62,231 nucleotides of DNA from Myxococcota bacterium. GTDB taxonomy: Bacteria; Myxococcota_A; UBA796; GCA-2862545. Location: positions 1-62,231 of the forward strand of contig JBCCQY010000045.1 in NCBI GenBank assembly GCA_039208735.1, read 5' to 3'. The notes beneath the pieces were generated by a model, which saw only the letters and a program-made list of their open reading frames with translations, was not told the DNA's origin and did no database searches. Below, one piece after another: positions 19,549 to 28,492 of this stretch; positions within the stretch are counted from its first letter, which is position 1, and each line of letters opens with the position of its first letter. A program made the translations under genes and the position numbers.

Positions 19549-21141
19549 TTGAAACCCGTCGTGGAGCTCGACGGTGCGAGCCTCACGATTGCGCGAGTGG
19601 CCGACGTTGCGGAACGTCGGCAAGAGGTTCGACTCGCTGAGGCCGCACGTGCTCGCATGGCCAAGTCCCATGCGTGGGTGGCCGACGCCGCCCAAGGTAC
19701 CATTCGAGATGCCGAAGGCCAGACGTTGTCCGTATACGGGGTGAACACGGGCTACGGCTCGCTCGCCCGGGTTCGCATCTCAGAGGAGCGCATCGAAGAA
19801 CTGTCGTGGAACCTGCTTCAGTCTCATGCGGCGGGGGTCGGACCGCGCATGGACGATGTGAGCGTTCGCGCCATGATGTTGCTTCGCGCCAATGCGTTGG
19901 CGAAAGGCGCGAGTGGCTGCCGACCCGAACTCGTAGACACGCTGTGCCAGATGCTCGCCCACGATGTGCTGCCCGTGGTTCCTAGCCGTGGTTCCTGCGG
20001 GTCTTCGGGCGATCTCGCTCCGTTGGCCCACCTTGGCTTGGTGGTGTTCCGCGGACCGGATGGCGCCAACGATCCAGGTTGGGCCATCGTGCGAGGCGAG
20101 CGACGACCGGCGGCGGCGGCGATGGCCGAGGCAGGCATTCCGCGCATGGTCCCCGGTCCCAAGGAAGGTCTCGCCATGACCAATGGGGCCCAGCTCACCT
20201 GCGGAATCACCGCCTTGGTGTGCGCGAGGGCTGAACGGCTGGTGAAGACGGCCGAGGTCGCGGCGGCCATGAGCTTCGAGGCCCTGCGAGGAACCACGCG
20301 GGCGCTGCACCCCGATGTGCACGCGTTGCGCCCCTTTCCTGGCGCGCTGGCGTGTGCGGCAAACCTGCGAGACCTGCTTGCCGGATCCTCCCTTGCCGAC
20401 TCGGTCCCCGACAAGGTGCAGGACGCCTACTCGCTTCGGTGCACCCCGGCGGTGCTGGGGGCGGTCCGCGATGCGCTCACCTACGCGTGGCGGCAGGTCG
20501 AAATCGAGATCAACGCCGCCACGGACAACCCGCTGATCTTGGTCGACGCCGACGACGTGAACCGGGCCTTTTCGGCGGGTCTGTTTCACGGTGAGCCCGT
20601 GGGCTTTGCCGCTGACCATGCCAAGCTGGCCCTGTGCGAGCTGGCCGCGCTCGCCGAACGTCGCATCTATCGGCTCACGACGGGCCACCTGTCCTCTCGC
20701 TTGCCGCCCCTCCTCGCGGATGGCCCAGGATTGGGGCTGATGCTGCCTCAGGTCGCGGCCGCGGCGTTGGTGGCCGAGAATCGGCAGCTTGCGATGCCTT
20801 CGTCCGTCGATTCGCTGCCCACCTGCGAAGATCAGGAAGATCACGTGGCGATGAGCACCACCGCCGCACGACGGGCCGCCGACGTCTTGGCAAACGCCGA
20901 GCAGGTCGTGGCCATCGAGTTGCTCGGTGCGGCCAAGGGGCTGTGGGTTCGCAAGACCGAGGGAGGGGTTTCCTTGGGGCGGGACACGGGCCCCGGTCTC
21001 GAAGCTGTCGAGCACACGCTTGGGGGTCCCCAAACGTCCATTCCTAGTGACGACATTGCGCGGCTTACCGAGGCGGTGCGCCAGGGTCACATCGTGGATG
21101 CGGTCGAAAAGGCGCTCGGGCCGCTAAGGGGCATCGCCTAA
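19549..21141 (+). CDS. hutH: Histidine ammonia-lyase (MIO tripeptide Ser-Ser-Gly variant)
   Basis: GGAGG upstream of TTG 19549; YGVNTGYG; LQSH specificity motif; GSCGSSGDLAPL; KEGLAMTNG; QDAYSLRC; DNP; QEDHV. Confidence 0.9.
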   Translation: MKPVVELDGASLTIARVADVAERRQEVRLAEAARARMAKSHAWVADAAQGTIRDAEGQTLSVYGVNTGYGSLARVRISEERIEELSWNLLQSHAAGVGPRMDDVSVRAMMLLRANALAKGASGCRPELVDTLCQMLAHDVLPVVPSRGSCGSSGDLAPLAHLGLVVFRGPDGANDPGWAIVRGERRPAAAAMAEAGIPRMVPGPKEGLAMTNGAQLTCGITALVCARAERLVKTAEVAAAMSFEALRGTTRALHPDVHALRPFPGALACAANLRDLLAGSSLADSVPDKVQDAYSLRCTPAVLGAVRDALTYAWRQVEIEINAATDNPLILVDADDVNRAFSAGLFHGEPVGFAADHAKLALCELAALAERRIYRLTTGHLSSRLPPLLADGPGLGLMLPQVAAAALVAENRQLAMPSSVDSLPTCEDQEDHVAMSTTAARRAADVLANAEQVVAIELLGAAKGLWVRKTEGGVSLGRDTGPGLEAVEHTLGGPQTSIPSDDIARLTEAVRQGHIVDAVEKALGPLRGIA

Positions 21142-22610
21142 TGAAGTCGTTGATGTTGGATGGTCGATCGCTGACCCCCGAACAACTCATGGCCGTCGCC
21201 GCAGGGACGATGTCGCTCAAGCTTGGCGCGAGGACGCGGGACCAGCTCAATGAGACGGCCGCCACGTTTGCGGAGCTCGGTCGCGTCGACATCCTCCGCA
21301 GCAAGTGGCAGTGGTTGGTGGGCGGCGACGTCCCCACGGAACCTGATCAGGCCGTGCGGGCCTTTATCGAAAGCCACTGTGCAGGCGTTGGCGAACCACT
21401 GCCCGCGATCGTAGTGCGGGCCATGTTGGTCGCGCGTGCAAATGCGCTTGCGGTCGGAGCATCGGGGGTTCGTGCGGCCCTGGTCGAACGGATCTTGTCG
21501 ATGCTCGAGCGCGGATGGGTGCCCAAGGTCCCGGCGCGTGGCGCGGTGGGGGCCGCGGGGAGCATTGCGTTGGCCCATGTGGCGAGAGTCGTCTTGGGCA
21601 TTGGAGGCGACGTTGCCGTGGCGGGTGACCCTTCCTTCGCACCGTTTGACGACGCCGACTGGCCCGTCTTTGCCGCGACCGAAAAGGAAGCCTTGTCGTT
21701 GATCAACGGCAGCTCACTCACCACGGGCGTTGCCGCCTTGGCCTCGGTCGAAGCGTCCCGGGTTCTCGCCGCCGCGGAAGCGGCCTGCGCCCTCACCATG
21801 GAAGCGGTGCTCGCCGACCGCGACTCGGTCAACGCCCAAGCCGCGGCCAGGCGCAACCATGACGGCATTCGCGAGGTCACCGAGCGCCTCGCCGCGTGGA
21901 CCGAAGGGTCGGGGTTGGTCACGAGCAAGCGCAACCCGGACAACTTTGCCGTGCGCTGTGCCCCGACCGTCCTCGGTACCGCACGTCGGGCGCTCCGCGA
22001 ATGCACCGATGTCGTCACTGCCGAACTCAATGCGCCATCCGACAACCCGCTTTGGATCGACGGGCGCCTCATCGAGGGTGGCCACTTCCATGCCGCGCCC
22101 GTGGCCCTCGCGATGGACCTGCTGAAAACCTCACTCGTGCAGGTCGCTGGCATCGCTGAACGGCGCATCTTCCGTTTGACCTACGGTGCGCTGTCGGGGC
22201 TGCCGAGTTTCCTCGTGCCCGACTCGGGCGTAAACAGTGGGTTGATGCTCGCTCAATACACCGCGGCCTCGGTGACGAGCGAAGCGCGGATGCTGACCAT
22301 GCCCGCTTCCGTCGACTCCGTCCCCACCGTCCAGCATCAAGAAGACCACGTGTCGATGGGTCCCAATGCGGCTCGGTCGGCTCGACAGGTCGTCGAACGG
22401 GTGGCGGACGTCATTGCGATTGAGCTGTTGTGTGCCGCGCAAGCCCTCGATCTGCGCCGCAAGGCCGGGGATGGGAATCCCGGTCCTCGCACACAGGCCC
22501 TGTGGGAGTCGGTTCGCGCCTTGGTGCCCACCTTGGTGGAGGACCGCATGCTCGAGCCCGACATCACCACGCTGGCCGATGCGATTCGGCGGGGTGATCT
22601 GCCCGCGTAA
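21141..22610 (+). CDS. HAL/PAL-family paralog lacking catalytic residues (probable pseudoenzyme)
   Basis: TAATG coupling to hutH; KEALSLING, DNP, SGLMLAQYTAAS and QEDHVSMG retained; MIO site reads AAG; no YGxxTG loop. Confidence 0.85.
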   Translation: MKSLMLDGRSLTPEQLMAVAAGTMSLKLGARTRDQLNETAATFAELGRVDILRSKWQWLVGGDVPTEPDQAVRAFIESHCAGVGEPLPAIVVRAMLVARANALAVGASGVRAALVERILSMLERGWVPKVPARGAVGAAGSIALAHVARVVLGIGGDVAVAGDPSFAPFDDADWPVFAATEKEALSLINGSSLTTGVAALASVEASRVLAAAEAACALTMEAVLADRDSVNAQAAARRNHDGIREVTERLAAWTEGSGLVTSKRNPDNFAVRCAPTVLGTARRALRECTDVVTAELNAPSDNPLWIDGRLIEGGHFHAAPVALAMDLLKTSLVQVAGIAERRIFRLTYGALSGLPSFLVPDSGVNSGLMLAQYTAASVTSEARMLTMPASVDSVPTVQHQEDHVSMGPNAARSARQVVERVADVIAIELLCAAQALDLRRKAGDGNPGPRTQALWESVRALVPTLVEDRMLEPDITTLADAIRRGDLPA

Positions 22611-23560
22611 GTCACTGGGCGCGTACGCTGAGCTGCGGCCGGGTCAGGGCTGCGAGTCTGGATCTTCGTCGGTCGGGAACGTTGGGAAGCCAGGCCACCA
22701 AACCGGACGCTGGAGGTCCGCGGCCGTTCCGTCGAAGACCGCCTGCAGCTCCGCCGCTAGCGCATCCCACCAGTTCCCGATCTTCCCCGTGAAGGCGCCG
22801 ACGATCGAGGGCAGATCGATCACCGTGGCGGTGGTGTCGATCTCGGGCAGGGGTTTGTTGTACACGATCGAGCGATCACAGAAGTTCGGACCGCAGATGT
22901 GGAGGTCCGCCAACGTAGGATCGAGTTCCGGCGTGGACGGGTCGACATCAACGGGTAAGCACTCGGGACTACCCGGTATCGCGGCGGGATTCGGGGCGAA
23001 CCCCACCACGTCGCAGGTCGCACAGCACCATTCCCCTGGTGCCGACCATTCATAGGTAGAGACCGTCTGCGTGCCACACGGCCCCTCCTCGATCTGCGGC
23101 GAGATCTCACGGTCAACCGGACAGTCGGTGAAGCCCACGTCGGTGATGTACGAGGCGGACTGTTGGACGTCGACCAGCTCGCAGCCATCGGGGAAGATGC
23201 TCCGAAACTCCATGACGGTCGTGAAGATGACACAGTGACCCACGTCGGGTCCCGGAACCGGGCGGAACTCGTCACAGACGAGCTTGGGTTCTGGGCAATC
23301 CACCGAGCTGGTGTCGCCATCTTGGTCGCCAAACTGTTGAGCAAACGCCGCGACCGACGAGAATGCTATCCACAATGCCAACACAGTTCCTCCTGTCGTT
23401 TTGGCTTGCATCAGGGAGGTATTGGTTGACGGTGGACATCTCGGAGAATGAATCTTTCAGTTTCTTTCAGTCCTTCAACGATCTGTGCCTTCGCGACGCG
23501 GCCGACCTCGACCCGCGCGCGGGGCGATCTGCCCGCGTAAGTCAGCGGGCGGCGTACGCT
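22589..23560. repeat. Imperfect ~40-bp direct repeat pair (22589-22629 and 23519-23560)
   Basis: Exact 19-mer GATCTGCCCGCGTAAGTCA at 22596 and 23526, with further flanking similarity. Confidence 0.85.
22644..23384 (-). CDS. Secreted Cys-rich acidic hypothetical protein
   Basis: AGGAGG upstream of GTG 23384 / TTG 23381; signal peptide ending AFA; many Cys including WCCATC. Confidence 0.7.
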   Translation of the reverse strand: MLALWIAFSSVAAFAQQFGDQDGDTSSVDCPEPKLVCDEFRPVPGPDVGHCVIFTTVMEFRSIFPDGCELVDVQQSASYITDVGFTDCPVDREISPQIEEGPCGTQTVSTYEWSAPGEWCCATCDVVGFAPNPAAIPGSPECLPVDVDPSTPELDPTLADLHICGPNFCDRSIVYNKPLPEIDTTATVIDLPSIVGAFTGKIGNWWDALAAELQAVFDGTAADLQRPVWWPGFPTFPTDEDPDSQP

Positions 23561-23991
23561 TCGAACATCCGTTCCATGGCGCGGGCCATCCAGGGCTGAA
23601 AGTCGCCTTCGAGGCGGTTGCGGACACCCCCGTGGATTTCCACGCGCTGCACTTCGTGGCCGAGCACCCCGGTTGCACGAGTTCGCAGCTTGCGGGGGCG
23701 TTGGGGTTGAAGAAGAGCAGTGCGAGCACGCTGATCGCGCGCCTGTCACGGCGGGGGCTGTTGCATCGGGGGCAGTCGAAGGTCGACGCCCGGGCGGCTG
23801 CGATGACCCTCACCAAGGCGGGAACCGATCTTCGAACGGCCATCGTTCGCCAAGATCGGCGCAACATGCAGACGATGTTGGCGGTGTTGGGTGACGACGA
23901 TGGACCGCAGCTGGTTCAGCTCCTCGAGAAGCTGAGTCACGGGCTTACGCAGGCCACCGCCGAATCCGAGGCGGAGGCCGACGGTTCTTGA
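23485..23991 (+). CDS. MarR-family transcriptional regulator (start uncertain, possible frameshift near 23593)
   Basis: Winged-helix pattern SSQLAGALGLKKSSASTLIARLSRRGLL...DAR...LTKAG. Confidence 0.75.
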   Translation: MPSRRGRPRPARGAICPRKSAGGVRFEHPFHGAGHPGLKVAFEAVADTPVDFHALHFVAEHPGCTSSQLAGALGLKKSSASTLIARLSRRGLLHRGQSKVDARAAAMTLTKAGTDLRTAIVRQDRRNMQTMLAVLGDDDGPQLVQLLEKLSHGLTQATAESEAEADGS

Positions 23992-23997
23992 TGGAAT

Positions 23998-26259
23998 GTG
24001 CCCGGCGCTTTCGCCGTTGATTCACCTTCGATTCATGTGCCCCCGGTACCCGAACCCCACCGAGCAACGGGAGGGTTCGTGGACGAACGAGGATGGGATC
24101 GGTTTGCGCCGATCGTCGCCGGGGGAGCCGGAGGGCTCGCCCTGGTCGCAGCGGTCGGCTACTACGCCGCCTGGTCGGCCACCCATGGCTTCATCGCCCG
24201 GAACCCCATCATTGGTGTGGTGTTGGGTCTCGTGGTGGGGTTGGGGTGTGTCGCGTTGTCAGAACGGTGGTGGCGTGGTCAACGTCCGGCCGCCCAGGGC
24301 ATCGCAGGCGCGGGGTTTGGGGTGCTCAACTTCACCCTGTACGCAGGCCACAGCTGGGCAGACACGCTCTCGGCCCCCGTTACCCTCGTCGGCCTGTCGG
24401 TCGTCGCCGCCCTTGGGGTGGGCCTTGCGTTGAGGCGGGACAGCGAGTTGGTGGCGATCTTGGGGCTTGTCGGGGGGCTGACAACCCCGCTCCTCGTCGC
24501 CCCGGATCGCATGATCTTTGTCGCCTACGCCCTGTTGCTCAACGTGGGGGTGACCGGGGCGGCGTTGTGGCATCGGTGGCGGGTGGTGCCGATGGTCACG
24601 GTAGGCCTGACCCTGGCCTACACAGCTTGGTGGTGGATGTCAGGTCCGGTTCAGGGCAACGTGGCGACCGTGGTGGGATTGCTCGGACTGGGACTCGGAT
24701 GGACCGCTGCAGCGGGCGTCCGGGATGTGCCGCGGGAGGTCGCGTGGCCCTACTTCGCGGGCATTCCGTTTAGCCTGGCCATTTTGCTGATGCCGTGGTC
24801 TGGGCTTGCGTCGAGCGTGCTTGCGGTGGTCGGGCTTGGCCTGTTCATCCCGCTCGCGGTGTGGACGGTGGGCCGCCCTGAACTGGAGCTGGACCGCGAG
24901 CCGTGGGTCATTGGGTTCTTGGCGACAGGACCGCTGATGGCGGCCTATCTGCGCCTTGTTTCGGATGATGGTCTAAACTGGCTTGTGGTCGGCGCCTTGT
25001 TGGTGTTGCCGGTCTTGGGCACCTGGGTGGTGGCCCATTTCACCACACCTCGGGAGCAACCCGGCTTGGTGCAGGCGGTCTTGGCCGCGACTGTGGGATC
25101 GGCGGCGTTGGCGGTGGCCGCGGAGTCCACGATCTACGAGCAAGAAGGTGTATTGGCATCGTTTGGGGTCGTGGTCGCGGGCCTTGGTCTGCTCGCAGAC
25201 GTCGAGCCTCCGTTCCGACGTACGTCGGGCTCGGGCGTGATGACCTTGCTCATGGCGGTCGTCGCCACCGTCGCTCTGCTCGTCGAGCCCAGTGGGAACA
25301 AGGCGATGATCGCGGCGGGTTTGATTCTCGTGGTCTCGTGGGGGCCCCTGTTCCTCTGGCCACCTTCCGATCAGGGAAGGCACTGGCTGCCCGTCTACTC
25401 GGTGCTCGCGCTGGGCTTGCCGGTGGGGTTCACCTTTCACGATGTCGTCGGCTCGGGCTTTGATGGTGCGGTGCCCTTGGGCATCGCCTTGGTGGCCTTG
25501 ATGGGGCTTGGAGCGTTGTCTCGGTTCTCGGGTCGTGAGGAGGCCCGCCAGGTCGGGGCCACCGCGTTTGGTGGGGTGGCCCTGGTCGGGGTGGCGGTGG
25601 CCATTCCCCTGCAGCTCGAGGCGCAGTTTCTCACCTTGGGGTGGGCGGTCTTGGGGCTTGCCGTGATGGGGCTTGCGTTCCGCAGCCGCAGCGAAGGGCT
25701 GACGGCGGCCGGTGTGGTCTTGCTAGGGCTCGTGGTGGTGCGGCTCGTGTTCAACCCGGCGGTGTTGAGCTACCATCTCGTGGCTGGCCCCCAGCCATTG
25801 TCGTGGGTGCTCTATGGCTACACGATTCCCGTGTTAGCCTTGGTGGGCAGTGCGCGGATCGTGTGGGTGGCGCCCGAGCGGGACAGCTGGCGAGCCCCCT
25901 TGCGCGATGGGCTTCAGATCGCAGCGATTGCCGTGGCCTTCACGGGCATCAATCTCTTTGTCTCTCACTGGTTCTCGGGCGGCGAAGCCCTGTCATTGAT
26001 GGACACCGCCCTCGAAGCGCAGCTGGTGCGAACGTGGTCGTGGATGGGCTTTGGGGTCGCACTGCTGTGGCTCGGAGCCCCCTTCAAGGGACGACTGGGC
26101 GCATTGGTGCTCGCCGTGGGGAGTGCCAAGGTCCTGCTGATGGATCTGTGGGCCTTGGATGGGCTTGGCAAGGCGCTCGTGCTGCTCGGCGTGGCGGTGG
26201 CGCTGTTCGGTGGCGCTCTCCTTCTGCAGCGAAGCGCCTCGCGACCCGCACCGACCTAA
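23998..26259 (+). CDS. DUF2339-like polytopic membrane protein
   Basis: Many TM helices; AQGIAGAG..LYAGH, LGLVGGLTTPLL, KVLLMDL. Confidence 0.75.
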   Translation: MPGAFAVDSPSIHVPPVPEPHRATGGFVDERGWDRFAPIVAGGAGGLALVAAVGYYAAWSATHGFIARNPIIGVVLGLVVGLGCVALSERWWRGQRPAAQGIAGAGFGVLNFTLYAGHSWADTLSAPVTLVGLSVVAALGVGLALRRDSELVAILGLVGGLTTPLLVAPDRMIFVAYALLLNVGVTGAALWHRWRVVPMVTVGLTLAYTAWWWMSGPVQGNVATVVGLLGLGLGWTAAAGVRDVPREVAWPYFAGIPFSLAILLMPWSGLASSVLAVVGLGLFIPLAVWTVGRPELELDREPWVIGFLATGPLMAAYLRLVSDDGLNWLVVGALLVLPVLGTWVVAHFTTPREQPGLVQAVLAATVGSAALAVAAESTIYEQEGVLASFGVVVAGLGLLADVEPPFRRTSGSGVMTLLMAVVATVALLVEPSGNKAMIAAGLILVVSWGPLFLWPPSDQGRHWLPVYSVLALGLPVGFTFHDVVGSGFDGAVPLGIALVALMGLGALSRFSGREEARQVGATAFGGVALVGVAVAIPLQLEAQFLTLGWAVLGLAVMGLAFRSRSEGLTAAGVVLLGLVVVRLVFNPAVLSYHLVAGPQPLSWVLYGYTIPVLALVGSARIVWVAPERDSWRAPLRDGLQIAAIAVAFTGINLFVSHWFSGGEALSLMDTALEAQLVRTWSWMGFGVALLWLGAPFKGRLGALVLAVGSAKVLLMDLWALDGLGKALVLLGVAVALFGGALLLQRSASRPAPT

Positions 26260-26903
26260 GCGTTGGCCCCCTTGAGGAAGGCAGGCTGGTAGTGCGTCTT
26301 CCAGGCACTGAACATCGCTTCGAGAGGGAGGGTGTCGTGCGACCCATGGTCGGTGACGTACTCCATGAACTCCCCCGCCTTGCGGTCGTAGGCCTGAAAC
26401 AGTGCCTCGTGCTCGCCGTCGAACTCCAACGGCGCCACGCCGAGGTGGGCACACAGCGACGCGTTGAAGGCCGGGGTGATGCCAATCCACCGCCCATCGA
26501 GCTGGACCTCGGTGTAGCCATGGTACACGAGAAGATTGGTCCCAAGTTGGGCTTCGAGCTTTTCGGTCGCGATGTGGTTGCGAACGTCAGCGAAATGCAG
26601 TCGCGCGGGGATGCCGAGGGCTCGGGCAGATGCAGCCAGCAACACCGCTTTGTCGATGCAGTGGCCTTCGCGGGGCTCGCGGGCCAGCACGACCGAGGCC
26701 CGGTAATCGTCAGGGTTGCGGCTCACATTCCACGGGGAGTAGCGCCACCCGTCCCGCACGGCGTAGAACAGGGCCACCGCAGCGTCGACGGGGGACCGCC
26801 CTCCACCGTGGTGCTCGGCAAACGCGATGACGTCGGGGTGGTCGCTGTCGACGAAACGGTTGGGGGTCACGGTCACGCAGGCCTCGCAGGCAATGCGGGC
26901 CAC
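26256..26903 (-). CDS. Transglutaminase-like cysteine protease domain protein
   Basis: GHCIDKAVLLAASARALGIPAR; YHGYTEVQLDGRW. Confidence 0.9.
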   Translation of the reverse strand: MARIACEACVTVTPNRFVDSDHPDVIAFAEHHGGGRSPVDAAVALFYAVRDGWRYSPWNVSRNPDDYRASVVLAREPREGHCIDKAVLLAASARALGIPARLHFADVRNHIATEKLEAQLGTNLLVYHGYTEVQLDGRWIGITPAFNASLCAHLGVAPLEFDGEHEALFQAYDRKAGEFMEYVTDHGSHDTLPLEAMFSAWKTHYQPAFLKGANA

Positions 26904-26916
26904 GTAACGAGGTGGG

Positions 26917-28383
26917 CTACCCGCTCGTGGAGAAGTGGAAGGGGTAGCTGACCACCACGATCCCGTTGCCTTTGGGCAAGGGAAAGCGAAGCCTTAGGAA
27001 GCGGCTCGCGATGCAGCTTTCCGTTGGGGAGTGCTCGAGCGACGACTGCTTGATGCGGGCCGCCGACACACTGCCATCCTTTGCGATGGTGAAGCCCACG
27101 ACGACCTTGCCGGCGAGCCCTGGTTTCTTGTTCAACTCGCGTTGGTAGCAATAGCGGATGGCGTTCAAGTTTCGCTTGATCACGTCTTCGATGAGGCTGC
27201 GGTCGAGAGCGCCAATCACGATGGGGTCGCCGGCCACCGTACCGAGTCCCTGCCGAGGCTTGGGCCCACCCGTGCGGCCGAATCCCAAACGGCCGGGCCC
27301 CCCTCCAGGTCGGCCCAATCCACCCCCGGACTCCGCTCGGCCGCCCGACCCAAACGCGCCACCTCGAGACGTCAGGCCGTGATTCGCCACGCCGGCTCCG
27401 CGGACCCCAATGAGGTCGTTGGCCGCGCTCGTCAGGGCGTCGTCGAGGACGCCGCTGGCAAACAGAACATCGAGGTTCGGCAGGATGCCCGACTCCGAGG
27501 CGACCTCGCGATCCTGCATCTGCTGGGCAAGGTCGGGCGGCACGTCTGGTCGAGGGACCTTCTTGGGATTGTCGCCCCCCGGCTTGGGGTCCGGCGCCAC
27601 AGGTTTGGGGACGTTGGGGGGCTTGGGCGGCGGGCGAAGTTGGACCACCGCGAACTTCTCGACGTACGCGGCCACCTCAACGGTGGAAGGGGCGGGCAGT
27701 GTCAACACGCCCAGGGCCAACATGGCACCTAGGAAGGCCATGAACGAAAGGGAGGCCACGAGCGTCCATTCGGTCTTGCCGGTGTGTCGCTCGGGGATCC
27801 GTGCGCCCTCGCCCACCATGCGAGCGATGAAGACGGTGCCCCCGGCATCGATGCGAACCTCACCGTCGATGGGTACGACGACGTGGTCACGATCCTGGTG
27901 AGCCCGGCCCTGCGTAACGAGATCGGCAAGCGCGACGGAGGCTTCGCCGATGCGAACGTGTCCGTCCCAAGCGGCGGGGATTCGAGCCACCCAGCGGTCG
28001 CCCTCCCAGTCGAATAGCGTATGCTCGTCGTCGGCCAGCGCCCCGATGGGAACCGGAAAGTCACTTCGCAACGCACTTTCGACCTCGGACCACATCGGCG
28101 CCAGCCAAGGGAGGACGCGGCGTAAACCCTCTGGAACCCAGCCGAGATCGACGCCAAGGAGCGACCAGCGCCAACCCACTCGGGTCCCGACGGTCACCGC
28201 ATTCGATACAGTTGGTACGAAGTGCCGGGTATCAAGAAGCACGAACCCCCAAAACTGGTGAACTTCGAGCGCATGGCGAGTGCCGGATTCTGGTGGTGGT
28301 CTCGGGGGAACGAAGAAGGCCATCACATCGTCAGGGGGATGTGGGCGCACGGGGGCATCGGACGTACGGTCGACGTGCGTCAT
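26917..28383 (-). CDS. AgmX/PglI C-terminal (TonB-like, GltG-type) protein
   Basis: GGAG upstream of ATG 28383; single TM, Pro/Gly-rich linker, LDRSLIEDVIKRNLNAIRYCYQRELNKKPGLAGKV...CI...FP.PKG.G.V.VSYPF. Confidence 0.85.
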   Translation of the reverse strand: MTHVDRTSDAPVRPHPPDDVMAFFVPPRPPPESGTRHALEVHQFWGFVLLDTRHFVPTVSNAVTVGTRVGWRWSLLGVDLGWVPEGLRRVLPWLAPMWSEVESALRSDFPVPIGALADDEHTLFDWEGDRWVARIPAAWDGHVRIGEASVALADLVTQGRAHQDRDHVVVPIDGEVRIDAGGTVFIARMVGEGARIPERHTGKTEWTLVASLSFMAFLGAMLALGVLTLPAPSTVEVAAYVEKFAVVQLRPPPKPPNVPKPVAPDPKPGGDNPKKVPRPDVPPDLAQQMQDREVASESGILPNLDVLFASGVLDDALTSAANDLIGVRGAGVANHGLTSRGGAFGSGGRAESGGGLGRPGGGPGRLGFGRTGGPKPRQGLGTVAGDPIVIGALDRSLIEDVIKRNLNAIRYCYQRELNKKPGLAGKVVVGFTIAKDGSVSAARIKQSSLEHSPTESCIASRFLRLRFPLPKGNGIVVVSYPFHFSTSG

Positions 28384-28492
28384 AGGAACTCCAGCTCGTG
28401 TGGATCGGCTCTTCGATCCTTCGTGTACGAGCATCGACCTCTCGCCGAGGTCGGGGTTCCCGTATTTGCGTCAACGGATGGTTAAGTTCCGC

